Virus record (IMG/VR): IMGVR_UViG_3300033066_001573
Reading direction: 5' to 3' (one strand)
DNA length: 64,000 bases
Origin: an uncultured virus (IMG/VR IMGVR_UViG_3300033066_001573)
Lineage: Duplodnaviria > Heunggongvirae > Uroviricota > Caudoviricetes
Shown: positions 19,860 to 29,827 of the stretch, one piece after another
How positions within the stretch are numbered: the first letter of the stretch is position 1
Layout of the letters: every line of letters starts with the position of its first letter
Made by a program: the position numbers and the translations under genes
The notes under the pieces: model-generated
What the model was told of the DNA's origin: nothing
What the model saw: only the letters and a program-made list of their open reading frames with translations
Database searches by the model: none

Positions 19860-20888
19860 TTAAATAACTTTTTTCCATTTTAATATTCCAAAGATAGTCC
19901 CTAAAGCAGCAATAACTGAAACTCCAACTATCACTTTTTTCTTAGTAGACCAACCATCATTAGAGTCTTTTTTATCTACATTATCATTCACTTTTGAATC
20001 ACTAATAGGTGAATCTTTTTTTTGACTCTTAACTAAATTATCTAATGTTTTATTAGATGTTGCAGTTGTAAATTTATCTGATTTTATCATGTTTGGTGCA
20101 TTTTTTTTAGGTGTTTTAGCAACAGGCACATTGTTAGTAACTTGTTTTGGTGGCTGTACCGATTGAGGCTGAGAAGCTACAACAGGAGTGTCTAATAAAG
20201 GATTAGACGGAGGGGTTAATCCCTTTGATAACATTCTTAATTGAGCTAATCCACCCGCTCTTTTAAAGTCTCTCCATCTTTTTCTCCACCCCCAAACTAT
20301 TACACCCTTATTTTCAGAACGACATTTTTCCCAATTAGCTATTCTAACTCTTTGGTCTGCTCTTTTTTGAGCTTGTTGTCTATTTTTAGCACAACAATCT
20401 TTATTTGTATGTTTTGATTTAGAACAGTCCCAAATACAAGGAACATTTGGATGAGCTAAATCAGGATTCAATGGTTTTATTCCACATTCAAAAACGGAAA
20501 TTTTAGCTTTACCATATTGAGCTTTTAATTCTAATTTCTTATTTCTAACTAATTCTCTAAATTTAGGTAATTCAGCGGCAGTAATATCATCTCCACCTTC
20601 AGACTCGTATTCAGCTTCTTCATTCTCATATTCAGTATATTCTTCATCTTCATATTCTTGCTCATCTCCATCAGCAGATGAGAATTTACCCATTGAATGA
20701 AGTAAACTATCATCTAAATTAGAACTATCAAAATTAGAAGCCGCTTCAAATTCAATTCCATTTCCGCCACCTTGTTTTGTAGAGTAAAAATATGGTTGAT
20801 TAACAGCAGGATATGAAATAACGACTTGTCTATTCATTTCACCTGCATTATATCTTATAGGAGTTTTATTTTCTTTTCCACAGCACAT
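19860..20888 (-). CDS. Tail-anchored membrane protein with acidic and Cys-rich segments
   Basis: SSADG motif; C-terminal TM followed by KWKK. Confidence 0.75.
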   Translation of the reverse strand: MCCGKENKTPIRYNAGEMNRQVVISYPAVNQPYFYSTKQGGGNGIEFEAASNFDSSNLDDSLLHSMGKFSSADGDEQEYEDEEYTEYENEEAEYESEGGDDITAAELPKFRELVRNKKLELKAQYGKAKISVFECGIKPLNPDLAHPNVPCIWDCSKSKHTNKDCCAKNRQQAQKRADQRVRIANWEKCRSENKGVIVWGWRKRWRDFKRAGGLAQLRMLSKGLTPPSNPLLDTPVVASQPQSVQPPKQVTNNVPVAKTPKKNAPNMIKSDKFTTATSNKTLDNLVKSQKKDSPISDSKVNDNVDKKDSNDGWSTKKKVIVGVSVIAALGTIFGILKWKKVI

Positions 20889-20905
20889 ATTAATTGTTTT
20901 TTTAA

Positions 20906-21778
20906 TTATTTTTTTCTAAATTTAAAATAGGCTAAAGTACCTATTGCTATTGCTGTAACAATTACAGTTGTTCCAATCCAAAACTTTTTCTTTTCAATTC
21001 CAAATATTTCATTCTTACCCTCTGAGTCATCAACTATTTTAGCTAATTCTTTTTCATCATTTGGTAATGGAGCGTTAGGAATATCAGCAGCTTCAGGTAT
21101 ACTATCTAATTCTTCTGCTTTAGCACCTTGTTTTTTAGCAAAAGATTTGAAAATACCACCCATAGAGGCAAATGCGCCTGCGCCTGAACCTGTCCAAATA
21201 GCAGCGGGAGCAGTAGCGGGGTTAGCAGCAAGTATTGGAGTGGCAGCAGCAAGTAAAGATGATGAAACTAAAAGAGATGTTCCCGCTATGTCACTTCCTT
21301 TTCCGTCAGCACTTGAATAACTACCATCAAATCCTTTTTTTCTTTTTTGAAACTTTTCAACTAAGTCTTTAAATAAAGCTTTTTTCTTGCTTCCTTTAAT
21401 CATTGCTTTATCAAACTTAGCTTTTTCTCCTCCCCACTTCCACCATTTCTGCATTACTTTTTCCCAATCTTCTTGGCTCTTAGCTTTTAAATCAGCTAAT
21501 GCAGATGCCATACCAACAACATTGTTAGATAGTATAGAAAGAACAGAAGCTCTCATTGTAACAAATGCAGGGTTGAATTTATTAACGGAATGAAAAGCTT
21601 TACTATCAGTTTTATTATTAATCTTTTCTTTAAAATTGTTTAACTTTTCTTTTCTTTTATCCTTTCTTACAACCTGTTTAGCAGTAGGTTTACCAATGCC
21701 AAAAGCACGAAACTCTGAAAACTCAGAGTCCATGCTTGACATTAATTGTGGTTCAAAGAAATGATTATTGTTAATCAT
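20906..21778 (-). CDS. Tail-anchored membrane protein, paralog of 21785..22750
   Basis: Shared FEP...FSEF..GIGK, KW..WGG and IFGIEKKKFWIG-TM. Confidence 0.75.
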   Translation of the reverse strand: MINNNHFFEPQLMSSMDSEFSEFRAFGIGKPTAKQVVRKDKRKEKLNNFKEKINNKTDSKAFHSVNKFNPAFVTMRASVLSILSNNVVGMASALADLKAKSQEDWEKVMQKWWKWGGEKAKFDKAMIKGSKKKALFKDLVEKFQKRKKGFDGSYSSADGKGSDIAGTSLLVSSSLLAAATPILAANPATAPAAIWTGSGAGAFASMGGIFKSFAKKQGAKAEELDSIPEAADIPNAPLPNDEKELAKIVDDSEGKNEIFGIEKKKFWIGTTVIVTAIAIGTLAYFKFRKK

Positions 21779-21784
21779 ATTTTA

Positions 21785-22750
21785 TTATTTTTTAATCCAT
21801 TTAAAATAAACAAAAGTTCCTATTGCAATTGCACCAATAACGCCCGTTCCAATCCAAAAAGTTTTTTTGTTAATTCCCATGATTTTATCATCATCAGAAT
21901 CATCATCTTCTGCCGCAGCTTCATCAGTTTCTCCACCCGCATCATCATCATTTGAAGTGTCAACAACTTCTTTCATTACATCATTATTTGCTTCTGATTC
22001 AGAAGGCTCATTACCTTTATCTTCATTGTAGTCTTCATTGAAATATTTAGCATCAGCAGTTCCCACTTCATATGGATTCTCATTTGCTCCATTTTTACTG
22101 AAAATACTTTTTAACCAAGCAAAGAAACCACGAATACCTTTTTGTTTTTCTTCTTCAGGAAACACCTCTTCAACTCCTGCTTCTTCATCAACAAAACTAT
22201 CATCAGATTCACCTTCTACAGAAGAGAAGTAGCTATAAAAACTATATGAATCGTTTTCACCATTGAATGATTTATATGGGTTTTTAAGGAATCTTTTCTT
22301 AGTGTGACCACTTACAATAGCAGCTTTTAATTCTGCTTCATTTCCTCCTAAACCAATCCATTTCTTAAGTAATTCAGAATAAACCTTTTTAGATTTAGCT
22401 ACATATGCAGGTCTGAATTTTCTTTGAGTCAATTCAGATTGTTGCGCAATAGCAGGATATAATTTAACAGCAGTACCATGTATATTTCTGCTAATATTAG
22501 AAAGAACTTTCTTTCTAACTACCTTACGGAACTTATTACGGAAGTTTTTACCTGCCTTACCTACTTTTGCTTTAATAGAAGTAACTTTCTTTTTCAAGTT
22601 AGCTTTCGCTTTAGCTGACTTCTTCTTAATATTAGCCTTAGTTTTTTTTAACTTAGCTTTTACCTTACCTTTTCCGATACCTAAAAATTCAGAAAAACCA
22701 TCATCCATATTTGAAATATTTGGTTCGAATAGCATATTTCTATTTTCCAT
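21785..22750 (-). CDS. Tail-anchored membrane protein (basic N-half, acidic C-half)
   Basis: Paralog of 20906..21778; IMGINKKTFWIG-TM-KK. Confidence 0.75.
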   Translation of the reverse strand: MENRNMLFEPNISNMDDGFSEFLGIGKGKVKAKLKKTKANIKKKSAKAKANLKKKVTSIKAKVGKAGKNFRNKFRKVVRKKVLSNISRNIHGTAVKLYPAIAQQSELTQRKFRPAYVAKSKKVYSELLKKWIGLGGNEAELKAAIVSGHTKKRFLKNPYKSFNGENDSYSFYSYFSSVEGESDDSFVDEEAGVEEVFPEEEKQKGIRGFFAWLKSIFSKNGANENPYEVGTADAKYFNEDYNEDKGNEPSESEANNDVMKEVVDTSNDDDAGGETDEAAAEDDDSDDDKIMGINKKTFWIGTGVIGAIAIGTFVYFKWIKK

Positions 22751-22755
22751 TTTAA

Positions 22756-23265
22756 TTACTTTTTAAGTTTAATAAATAATTTATAACCTCCGAAAATAAT
22801 TGCTGCTGCTCCTAATAAAGAAACAGTAATTCCTATTTTCTTTGGCATCCATAAAAAAGTTTCATCTTTAGCAACCTTTGTATCTGCCTTTATTGCATTT
22901 ATTTCAGGCTTATCTTCTTTAGATAAATCTGCATTATCTCCATCAGCACTATAATCTAATTTTGGAGCTGATTTATTTGAAGTTCCATCAAAACTCTCTC
23001 TTCCCATTGGTCTACCACCTTTTCTTCCTAAAACTATATCATTTTTTACTTGACGATTTGGAACTCGATAAGAAATAATATTAGGACTTGCAATAAATTT
23101 ATCCTTTAGATTAGAATCAAGAGATGAGAAATTACTTAATTCAAGCTCATCACATGTTTCTATACCATCAAATATAGGGTTAACTGTAGTTCCCTTTATT
23201 GTTGATTTAGGCTTATGCCAAGTTCCATAAGGATTAGAGCCTTCTGCGTTTGAATATCTGTTCAT
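22756..23265 (-). CDS. Tail-anchored membrane protein
   Basis: SNAEG, SFDG and YSADG motifs; C-terminal TM. Confidence 0.75.
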   Translation of the reverse strand: MNRYSNAEGSNPYGTWHKPKSTIKGTTVNPIFDGIETCDELELSNFSSLDSNLKDKFIASPNIISYRVPNRQVKNDIVLGRKGGRPMGRESFDGTSNKSAPKLDYSADGDNADLSKEDKPEINAIKADTKVAKDETFLWMPKKIGITVSLLGAAAIIFGGYKLFIKLKK

Positions 23266-23269
23266 TTTT

Positions 23270-23731
23270 TTATTTTTTAAATTTAACGTATAATTTATAA
23301 CCTGTAAAAGCTAAAGCAGCAGTAGCTAAAACTACAACTGTTATACCTGCTCCCATAGGCATACCTAAAAACTTTTTTTCATCATTGTTTTTAGTATATT
23401 CTTTATTAGAAGAAGGTGGATTAACGGATGGTGATGTAGTATTTGATTCTTTTGAATTGCTTTTAGATTTCAAATAATTATCAACACATTTTTGATAAGA
23501 TGCTTTTTTAGCTTTACCAATTAAAGGTTTTCTTCCACATGCAGCCTTGTATTCTTCTTTACTTATAGCTTTTGGTCTATTTTTTATAGCAGTTATTACA
23601 TTAGATGCAACTTGCGCACCTACTTGTATTTGCTCTGCCGTAATTCCTTCTGCATTACTAAATATACTATCATCAAGACCATCTGCGTTTGCTAATGCAA
23701 TTCTATCTACTTGTCTACTATTAAATGCCAT
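23270..23731 (-). CDS. Tail-anchored membrane protein
   Basis: ANADG and SNAEG motifs; KFLGMP-TM-KFKK. Confidence 0.75.
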   Translation of the reverse strand: MAFNSRQVDRIALANADGLDDSIFSNAEGITAEQIQVGAQVASNVITAIKNRPKAISKEEYKAACGRKPLIGKAKKASYQKCVDNYLKSKSNSKESNTTSPSVNPPSSNKEYTKNNDEKKFLGMPMGAGITVVVLATAALAFTGYKLYVKFKK

Positions 23732-23756
23732 TGTATTATTATTTTTTAATTAAAAT

Positions 23757-24089
23757 TTATTTACCTAAATTTTTCTTTTCATAATTTAAAAAAAGTGTAT
23801 ACCCTAATCCAACTCCAAATAAAATACCCGCTATAGCAAAAACTTTTTTATTTTTATTTAACTTAGATGCTAAAATCGAACCGCTTAAACCAAGAAAAGA
23901 ACCAATAGCAAGAGGGTATCCAATCATTCTAATCATATCCTTTTTACTAGCGTTCTTTGGCTTAGTTACAATTTTAGTTTCATCTACTATTTTATTAGTA
24001 GATGTCCCTTCTGATTTTTCAGTTGAATTAGCAGCATTATCGATTTCACTAATTCGTTCTTTTTTTAAAGATGTATTTTCATTTGTCAT
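23757..24089 (-). CDS. Two-TM membrane protein
   Basis: Two C-terminal hydrophobic helices. Confidence 0.7.
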   Translation of the reverse strand: MTNENTSLKKERISEIDNAANSTEKSEGTSTNKIVDETKIVTKPKNASKKDMIRMIGYPLAIGSFLGLSGSILASKLNKNKKVFAIAGILFGVGLGYTLFLNYEKKNLGK

Positions 24090-24091
24090 TT

Positions 24092-24760
24092 TTAGAATGC
24101 TTTTTTATAGAATTTGAAATAAGCAAAAGTCCCGACTGCAAGGACACCTAACGCAATAAGACCTTGTTTTTTAGTTAATCCAAGATATTTTTTTTCTGTA
24201 GCAGCAACTTTAGCGTTATCGCCTGAATTTTCTTCAGAAACGCCTCCTCCACCACCTCCGCCACCTCCCATACTTATAGGAGCTGAAGAAACAATAGGAT
24301 TAACAGCTGTAGGTTGACTAACAGACTGACTAATAGGCTGATTAACAGATTGATTCGAAGTAGGCATATATGAACTAGGCAAATTAAGGTCAGCAGGTTT
24401 TATAGTACTAGCTGTATCAAGTATTGCCGTTTTAGTAGTTGAAGTTGGAGATAATACTTTAGGAATTATTGGACTAACACTTGTCGTTGGTGAAGAGAAA
24501 GTAGTTACTCTAGGAGCAAGTGGATTAATACTAGTATTTAAGCTTGGAGATATTGTAGTTGTTGTAAATGAAGTTCCTGTAGCATTACTCATGCCTTCAT
24601 CTAACATATGAGCCATAGATAAATCAGAGCCTCCAAAATTAGATTCTAATTTTACATTATGTCTCTCTCTAATTGCATCACGAATAGTTTTTCTACTTGA
24701 ATTTACATTAAACTTATTATAGTTATCAAGAAGTGACATATCAATATCCATTTGGTTCAT
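24092..24760 (-). CDS. Ser/Thr/Pro-rich tail-anchored membrane protein
   Basis: Mucin-like STP stretch, poly-Gly, KYLGL-TM. Confidence 0.75.
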   Translation of the reverse strand: MNQMDIDMSLLDNYNKFNVNSSRKTIRDAIRERHNVKLESNFGGSDLSMAHMLDEGMSNATGTSFTTTTISPSLNTSINPLAPRVTTFSSPTTSVSPIIPKVLSPTSTTKTAILDTASTIKPADLNLPSSYMPTSNQSVNQPISQSVSQPTAVNPIVSSAPISMGGGGGGGGGVSEENSGDNAKVAATEKKYLGLTKKQGLIALGVLAVGTFAYFKFYKKAF

Positions 24761-24786
24761 TTTATTCTATTTTTAATTATTATTAA

Positions 24787-26325
24787 TTATCCCTTTTTAT
24801 TTTTTAATATTAACCAAGTGCTTACTCCAACTAATATAGTAACGGCAGCTACAGTTATACCAAAATTAATTGGATGCATTCCTAAAATATTTTTATCTGA
24901 ATCAGGTGAAGCACCTTGATTATCATAATCATTTATTGCATCAGGCGCATTAGATTTATCAGGCGCAGCTCCACCTTGTGCTTTTGTCAGTAATAATGCG
25001 TAACCAAATTTTGCTAAATTATTTAAAAATTTTACTGACTCATCTGATTTTAACCACTCTTTAAATGGTTTTTTAGTTCCACTTTTCTCATACATTATCT
25101 GAACCTCTTCAGGGGTGTATTCTACTTTTTTAGGGTCAGCTATTGCTTTTGCATCAGATGCCGTTACATCAGTACCTTTTTTTCTTTTAAAGAGTCTCTT
25201 TAACCAACCATCTGCTCCTGAAGAATCTTCGTCATCACTAAAATTAAAACTTACATCATTAGTGCTTCCATCTATATTAAAGCTTACCTCGTTAGTTGTA
25301 CCATCCATATTGAAGCTGACTTCGTTAGTAGAAGCATCCATATTGAAACTAACATCATTTGAACTAGCATCAATATTAAAATACATTCCTGTGTTATCCT
25401 CCATTGTAGTGGGAATATCAGCATTACTATCAAATGAAGATAATAAGTTTTTACGAGGAGGAATTCCTGCTACTAAAATTTTTGTGTTAGATTTAGGATA
25501 TACACGATTAGTATTTCCATCAAAATTAACATCTCCACCTCTAAAATCTTCAATATCTCCACCTTCAAATGCTGAATATCCAATCGCTTCATTGTATGAC
25601 TTCATTAATCTATCACTACCAACAAATGAATAACTAACAGCATTTAAAACTTTATTTCCCGCATCTTCAAGGCTAATTTGACCTTTAGGTTTACTACCAT
25701 CAAATGCGTATGAATATTTACCTGATTTTACAACAGCAATATAATCTTCCCCTAATGCAGATTTAGCTTTAGCTACTAAAGAAGGATTTGATTTTTCATA
25801 CTCATTTTCATTCTTTATAACATAAACATAGTAAGGCTCAACAACCAATTTATCTTTATCTTTTATTGGAACATAAGGATAATTACGTGAAACATTTTTA
25901 TCAGAAACCTTTAAAAAAGGAGTTAAACCTAGTACACTATCTTTTAAATAAACTATTTCTCCTGAAACTTTATTTATTTTTCCGATTGCCTTATTTGGCT
26001 CTGCAACTATTTTTGGCTTATCTGACTTAGTAATACCATAAGTTCTTGTATCTTCTAAAATCATCCAAATATTATCAGGAGCTTGCGGTAAAGTAGAACC
26101 AACTTGTTTTATAGTCTTCTTTCCTTCTTTTATATCTTTAATGCATTTAGCGGCAAAACTCTCTAAGTCTGATACTTTTTTATCATCACCCCATGAGTAA
26201 GTAAATGTACTTCCTGTTTGATTACAAGTCCATACACGAGTTTTTTTATTTGTTTTAGCATCAATAGTATCCTTATAAGAAAAAATCTTAGGATTTAATA
26301 TTTTAGTATCTAATAAATAAGCCAT
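24787..26325 (-). CDS. Large tail-anchored membrane protein with 11-aa repeats
   Basis: 512 aa; FN(I/M)D(A/G) repeats; NILGMHP-TM-KNKKG. Confidence 0.75.
   Translation of the reverse strand: MAYLLDTKILNPKIFSYKDTIDAKTNKKTRVWTCNQTGSTFTYSWGDDKKVSDLESFAAKCIKDIKEGKKTIKQVGSTLPQAPDNIWMILEDTRTYGITKSDKPKIVAEPNKAIGKINKVSGEIVYLKDSVLGLTPFLKVSDKNVSRNYPYVPIKDKDKLVVEPYYVYVIKNENEYEKSNPSLVAKAKSALGEDYIAVVKSGKYSYAFDGSKPKGQISLEDAGNKVLNAVSYSFVGSDRLMKSYNEAIGYSAFEGGDIEDFRGGDVNFDGNTNRVYPKSNTKILVAGIPPRKNLLSSFDSNADIPTTMEDNTGMYFNIDASSNDVSFNMDASTNEVSFNMDGTTNEVSFNIDGSTNDVSFNFSDDEDSSGADGWLKRLFKRKKGTDVTASDAKAIADPKKVEYTPEEVQIMYEKSGTKKPFKEWLKSDESVKFLNNLAKFGYALLLTKAQGGAAPDKSNAPDAINDYDNQGASPDSDKNILGMHPINFGITVAAVTILVGVSTWLILKNKKG
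25238..25383 (-). repeat. Degenerate 33-bp coding tandem repeat (about 4.5 units)
   Basis: FNIDASSNDVS FNMDASTNEVS FNMDGTTNEVS FNIDGSTNDVS FNFSD. Confidence 0.85.
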
Positions 26326-26330
26326 GATTA

Positions 26331-26606
26331 TTATTTTTTTAAATTTTCATCTTCTTTTATTCCGTAATTTTTAAAAGAACTGTTTGTCTCACTTGCTTCG
26401 GCAATTTTATATCCTATATAACCTCCACCTACAAGCCCTATTGCTGCAAACATCATTATTTTTTGTTTGAAATAAATCCCTGCCAATACACCTGCTATTA
26501 CACCTATCATTGCACCCTTTTTATATCCTGATGCCTTATCATTAATTTTAGAACCATAAGTTCCATTATTAATTTCATTCATGTTTTTTTCAACTGTACT
26601 ATCCAT
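26331..26606 (-). CDS. Two-TM membrane protein
   Basis: Gly-zipper-like helices. Confidence 0.7.
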   Translation of the reverse strand: MDSTVEKNMNEINNGTYGSKINDKASGYKKGAMIGVIAGVLAGIYFKQKIMMFAAIGLVGGGYIGYKIAEASETNSSFKNYGIKEDENLKK

Positions 26607-27277
26607 TACACAATTGGATTAGGATTTATATTATGATTCATATTTGTTGCTGCAACATTAGTAGGAGCGGCAACTTGTGTATTTAATAAATTGGAATTAA
26701 TAGCAGAACTTTCTGATACCGCTTTCATCTTTTTATAAATTAAATATGACAATGTTCCAAGAGCTGCTAAACCTAAAATCACCCACAAAGCAGTATAGCT
26801 TCCTGATGATTCGTTTTTCCAAATCTTTCTAGTGTAATCACCTTTCATTTTAGCTTTTGTTTGGATTTGCTGCATCACTTTTTGTTTTGTGATAAATTTA
26901 CTCTCATCACTCTTGGTTATTTCCTGTGAAGCAGGAGTTAATCCAAGAACAATAGTATTTACAGCTTTAACCCAATCAATTTGATTACCATTTGCAGTAT
27001 TAACTAATCCGTTATTTTCAGCAATAGCAAAACCAATAGCTTTTATTACCTTTTCATTCCCTGAAATTCCATTAATAACATCATCTACAATTTCTTCATC
27101 TGACATTTTTTCATTTACTTTAACATCAACTTTATTAAGAGTATCAATAAGTTTATGTGTATTATAAACAATCAAATCAGAAAGTTCATTAGCAAATAAA
27201 TCAATAGTAAGATTATTTCCATCAGAACTTGAACCTGCTGAGAAATTTGAAAAGAAATCTTGGTTTAAATAAATCAT
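26606..27277 (-). CDS. Membrane protein with near-C-terminal TM
   Basis: ALWVILGLAALGTLSYLIYKK. Confidence 0.7.
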   Translation of the reverse strand: MIYLNQDFFSNFSAGSSSDGNNLTIDLFANELSDLIVYNTHKLIDTLNKVDVKVNEKMSDEEIVDDVINGISGNEKVIKAIGFAIAENNGLVNTANGNQIDWVKAVNTIVLGLTPASQEITKSDESKFITKQKVMQQIQTKAKMKGDYTRKIWKNESSGSYTALWVILGLAALGTLSYLIYKKMKAVSESSAINSNLLNTQVAAPTNVAATNMNHNINPNPIV

Positions 27278-27295
27278 TGATTTACTACTAATTAA

Positions 27296-27751
27296 TTATT
27301 TTTTCATTAAAACAGCCGTACCTATTACTAATAATAGTCCAATTGCAATAATTGGAGCATGCTTAGTTAAAGCGTCTTTAGTTGTTTCTGTTGGAGCAGG
27401 AGCAACAACTGCCTTTGTAGGCTCTTCATCTCCTGTAGCGTTTGACTTCTTATTACAAGAACAATCTCCCGAACAATTAGATTTTTTTTCTCCATCAAAT
27501 CCTGAGCATCCACAAGCATTAGATTTATCTTCAGAAGTATTTTCTTGAGTTGATAAAATCAAAGCTTGATATGGCGTTTCAATATTTGCTAATTCCTTAG
27601 TAACAGCATTTCCTTCCTTAGACATAATAAATTTTAATTTTTTTATTGCATCAGGAAGATTTTTTGGAGCAGGAATACCTCTCTTAGTTAAGATTGCTGC
27701 AACCTCAATTGGGTTATTTGTAGCAATATAATGTTCTATACTAATTTTCAT
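27296..27751 (-). CDS. Tail-anchored protein with Cys cluster (start corrected to MKISIEH)
   Basis: SNACGCSGFDG..SNCSGDCSC..SNATG; the track start lies inside the terminator. Confidence 0.75.
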   Translation of the reverse strand: MKISIEHYIATNNPIEVAAILTKRGIPAPKNLPDAIKKLKFIMSKEGNAVTKELANIETPYQALILSTQENTSEDKSNACGCSGFDGEKKSNCSGDCSCNKKSNATGDEEPTKAVVAPAPTETTKDALTKHAPIIAIGLLLVIGTAVLMKK

Positions 27752-27775
27752 AACTTTATTTTTAATTTTTGTTAG

Positions 27776-27815
27776 AAAAAAAGGCAAGGCTGCGTTACCG
27801 CTTTAACCTTGCCTT
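27776..27815 (-). terminator. Rho-independent terminator after the putative major capsid gene
   Basis: AAGGCAAGG...CCTTGCCTT stem followed by a U-run on the minus strand. Confidence 0.75.
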
Positions 27816-27841
27816 CTTAAATATTACTTAAATAACCTTGA

Positions 27842-28573
27842 TTACTTAATTCTTGGTCTCATCGACGCAGGAGTAACATACATTGGTTGTGCAGCAACAG
27901 GTACTTGAGGTACACCATATTTTTGCAATGTAGACGCTCCACCTAACATACGAGATACGTTTGCTTTTTCAGCAGGGAAGAATGTCATTGTTACAGTTTC
28001 ACCCGCTAATACAGAGTAAGTTAAATAAGTATTACCATCAATTTTTAAGCTGTATGGAATATCTAAAATTGTACTTTGGAACTGATTAGCAGAGAAATAA
28101 GACTGCGTAATTAATGGAATTGTACATTGTTGACCATTAGCATCAGTTGACGTAATATTAACGATTTGAGTTAACTGAGTGTTAGTCGTAGTTTGAATAC
28201 GAATTAACGAAGTCTCAAATGGTTGGTCTCCTGATTGTTGTAACAACTGCAAGTAACTTACGTTAGATTGAGAAGGAGTTACAGTCAAACCTACTGCTGA
28301 ACCATAGTTTGTACTTAACAAGTAAATATTCTTACCGAATAATACTGCATTTAAAGTACCCGCAGTCGTGTTAGTAATCACTAACTGATACGGAGAAGGA
28401 CTTCTACGTACAGGAGCAGCTACACGCTCTGCATCTGCTGAATACATATCAGCGTCAGCGTTAAAAAATAAATCATCAGCATTGTCGTCGAAAGAATACA
28501 TATCTCCGTCGAATCCTGAAAACTGTGCTTCTGCATCACGCAAGTAAGCATTTACATCAAATTGATTTTTCAT
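27842..28573 (-). CDS. Putative major capsid protein (beta-rich, single jelly-roll-like) with acidic propeptide
   Basis: Short transcription unit with promoter and strong terminator; codon choices (CGT, TTC, TAC) differ from neighbours; best-conserved member of an 8-gene family; about 145 aa alternating beta pattern. The fold is inferred. Confidence 0.6.
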   Translation of the reverse strand: MKNQFDVNAYLRDAEAQFSGFDGDMYSFDDNADDLFFNADADMYSADAERVAAPVRRSPSPYQLVITNTTAGTLNAVLFGKNIYLLSTNYGSAVGLTVTPSQSNVSYLQLLQQSGDQPFETSLIRIQTTTNTQLTQIVNITSTDANGQQCTIPLITQSYFSANQFQSTILDIPYSLKIDGNTYLTYSVLAGETVTMTFFPAEKANVSRMLGGASTLQKYGVPQVPVAAQPMYVTPASMRPRIK

Positions 28574-28756
28574 GATTATAAAAAAAATTGTGCCTAATTT
28601 TTAGGCGTTTTTATTTTCGCATTAACCTCAGCGATTTATTGGAGTTGTTTTCCACCGACCAACCAAACGTGCTAGTTATTTAATTCTCATAGCTTCGAAA
28701 TTTATTTTGAAAAAATTTAGATACTTCCCTAAAGATTCTTTTTCATTAAAAAGTTA

Positions 28757-28867
28757 TTAACCTTTTACGAAACGGAAACTTTGCTTAGGTAGGTTATCTC
28801 TTAATGCTAAGACTAAAGCAACACCTGCTACTACTAATCCTGCTGTAATCAATACTTCCTTGTTCAT
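28757..28867 (-). CDS. 36-aa single-TM protein upstream of the capsid gene (not in ORF track)
   Basis: MNKEVLITAGLVVAGVALVLALRDNLPKQSFRFVKG*; A-rich leader. Confidence 0.75.
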   Translation of the reverse strand: MNKEVLITAGLVVAGVALVLALRDNLPKQSFRFVKG

Positions 28868-28906
28868 TTTCTTATTTTTTAAAGGTTAATAAATTATTTA
28901 ACGAGT

Positions 28907-28914
28907 CAAAAATA
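28907..28914 (-). promoter_or_regulatory. -7 promoter element for the capsid operon
   Basis: TATTTTTG on the minus strand, 40 nt before ATG 28867. Confidence 0.6.
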
Positions 28915-29057
28915 GTATGGATTTTTCTGATACGCTAAGTTTAAATCTGTAACAAAAAATACAAATAATGTTGAATGTCTTTTATTTATTAGTTTTTTAG
29001 TGTTACTAATTATCCCGAAAAAAAATTAAAAAAAACTTATATGTAATATATTTTATG

Positions 29058-29065
29058 TATTTTTG
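29058..29065 (+). promoter_or_regulatory. -7 promoter element for the plus-strand block
   Basis: TATTTTTG 20 nt before ATG 29085; divergent from 28907. Confidence 0.6.
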
Positions 29066-29084
29066 GAAAATAAACAGCAAAAAA

Positions 29085-29816
29085 ATGAGTAATTCAGAAA
29101 CACAAATTTTAAGAAAAAAAGACATTAAGGTATTAGTAATAACACCACATAATGAAGTGAAAAATTATTGCTTTGACGAATGGATGGCTCGTGTAAAAAA
29201 CCTTACATACCATAACTATGACGTGTTAGTTGCAGACAATAGTCCAACAAATAAGAACAAAAAGAAAATTCAAAAAGCAGGATTTGATTGCATTTGGATT
29301 AAACCTAGAAACAAAGCAAATCAAAAGTTTATTGCTGAAAGTCATGAAGCACTAAGGGTTCATGCATTAGCAAAGAAATATGATTTCGTTTTACATTTAG
29401 AGAGTGACGTTTTCCCACCACATGATATTATTGAAAGATTGCTTATTCATAGAAAAACAGTAGTATCAGGCATGTACTTTATTGGACAAGGAGAAGATAG
29501 TCATTTGATGGTACAGAAAACAGAAAAAACAGGTGACACCTTTAGACATACTATAAACATTGAAGAGGGATACGACATGCAATTAGTAGATGGTCAATTA
29601 AAAGAAGTACACGCATGTGGGCTAGGCAACTGCTTAATCCATAAAAGCGTATTAGAAAAAATAAAATTCAGATGGGAAGATGGTGCAAATGCACATCCTG
29701 ATAGTTTCTTTGCAGCAGATTTACAAATGCTTGGCATAAAGCAATACTTAGATACCTCAATATTAAGCGAGCATAAGAATCAGTCTTGGAGCGGTATATC
29801 AAATGTAGTTCGTTAA
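29085..29816 (+). CDS. GT-A fold (GT2-like) glycosyltransferase (start corrected)
   Basis: VLVITP...VADNS...FVLHLESDV...CGLGNCLIHKSVLEKIKFR...PDSFF. Confidence 0.8.
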   Translation: MSNSETQILRKKDIKVLVITPHNEVKNYCFDEWMARVKNLTYHNYDVLVADNSPTNKNKKKIQKAGFDCIWIKPRNKANQKFIAESHEALRVHALAKKYDFVLHLESDVFPPHDIIERLLIHRKTVVSGMYFIGQGEDSHLMVQKTEKTGDTFRHTINIEEGYDMQLVDGQLKEVHACGLGNCLIHKSVLEKIKFRWEDGANAHPDSFFAADLQMLGIKQYLDTSILSEHKNQSWSGISNVVR

Positions 29817-29827
29817 AAAAAAATAAA

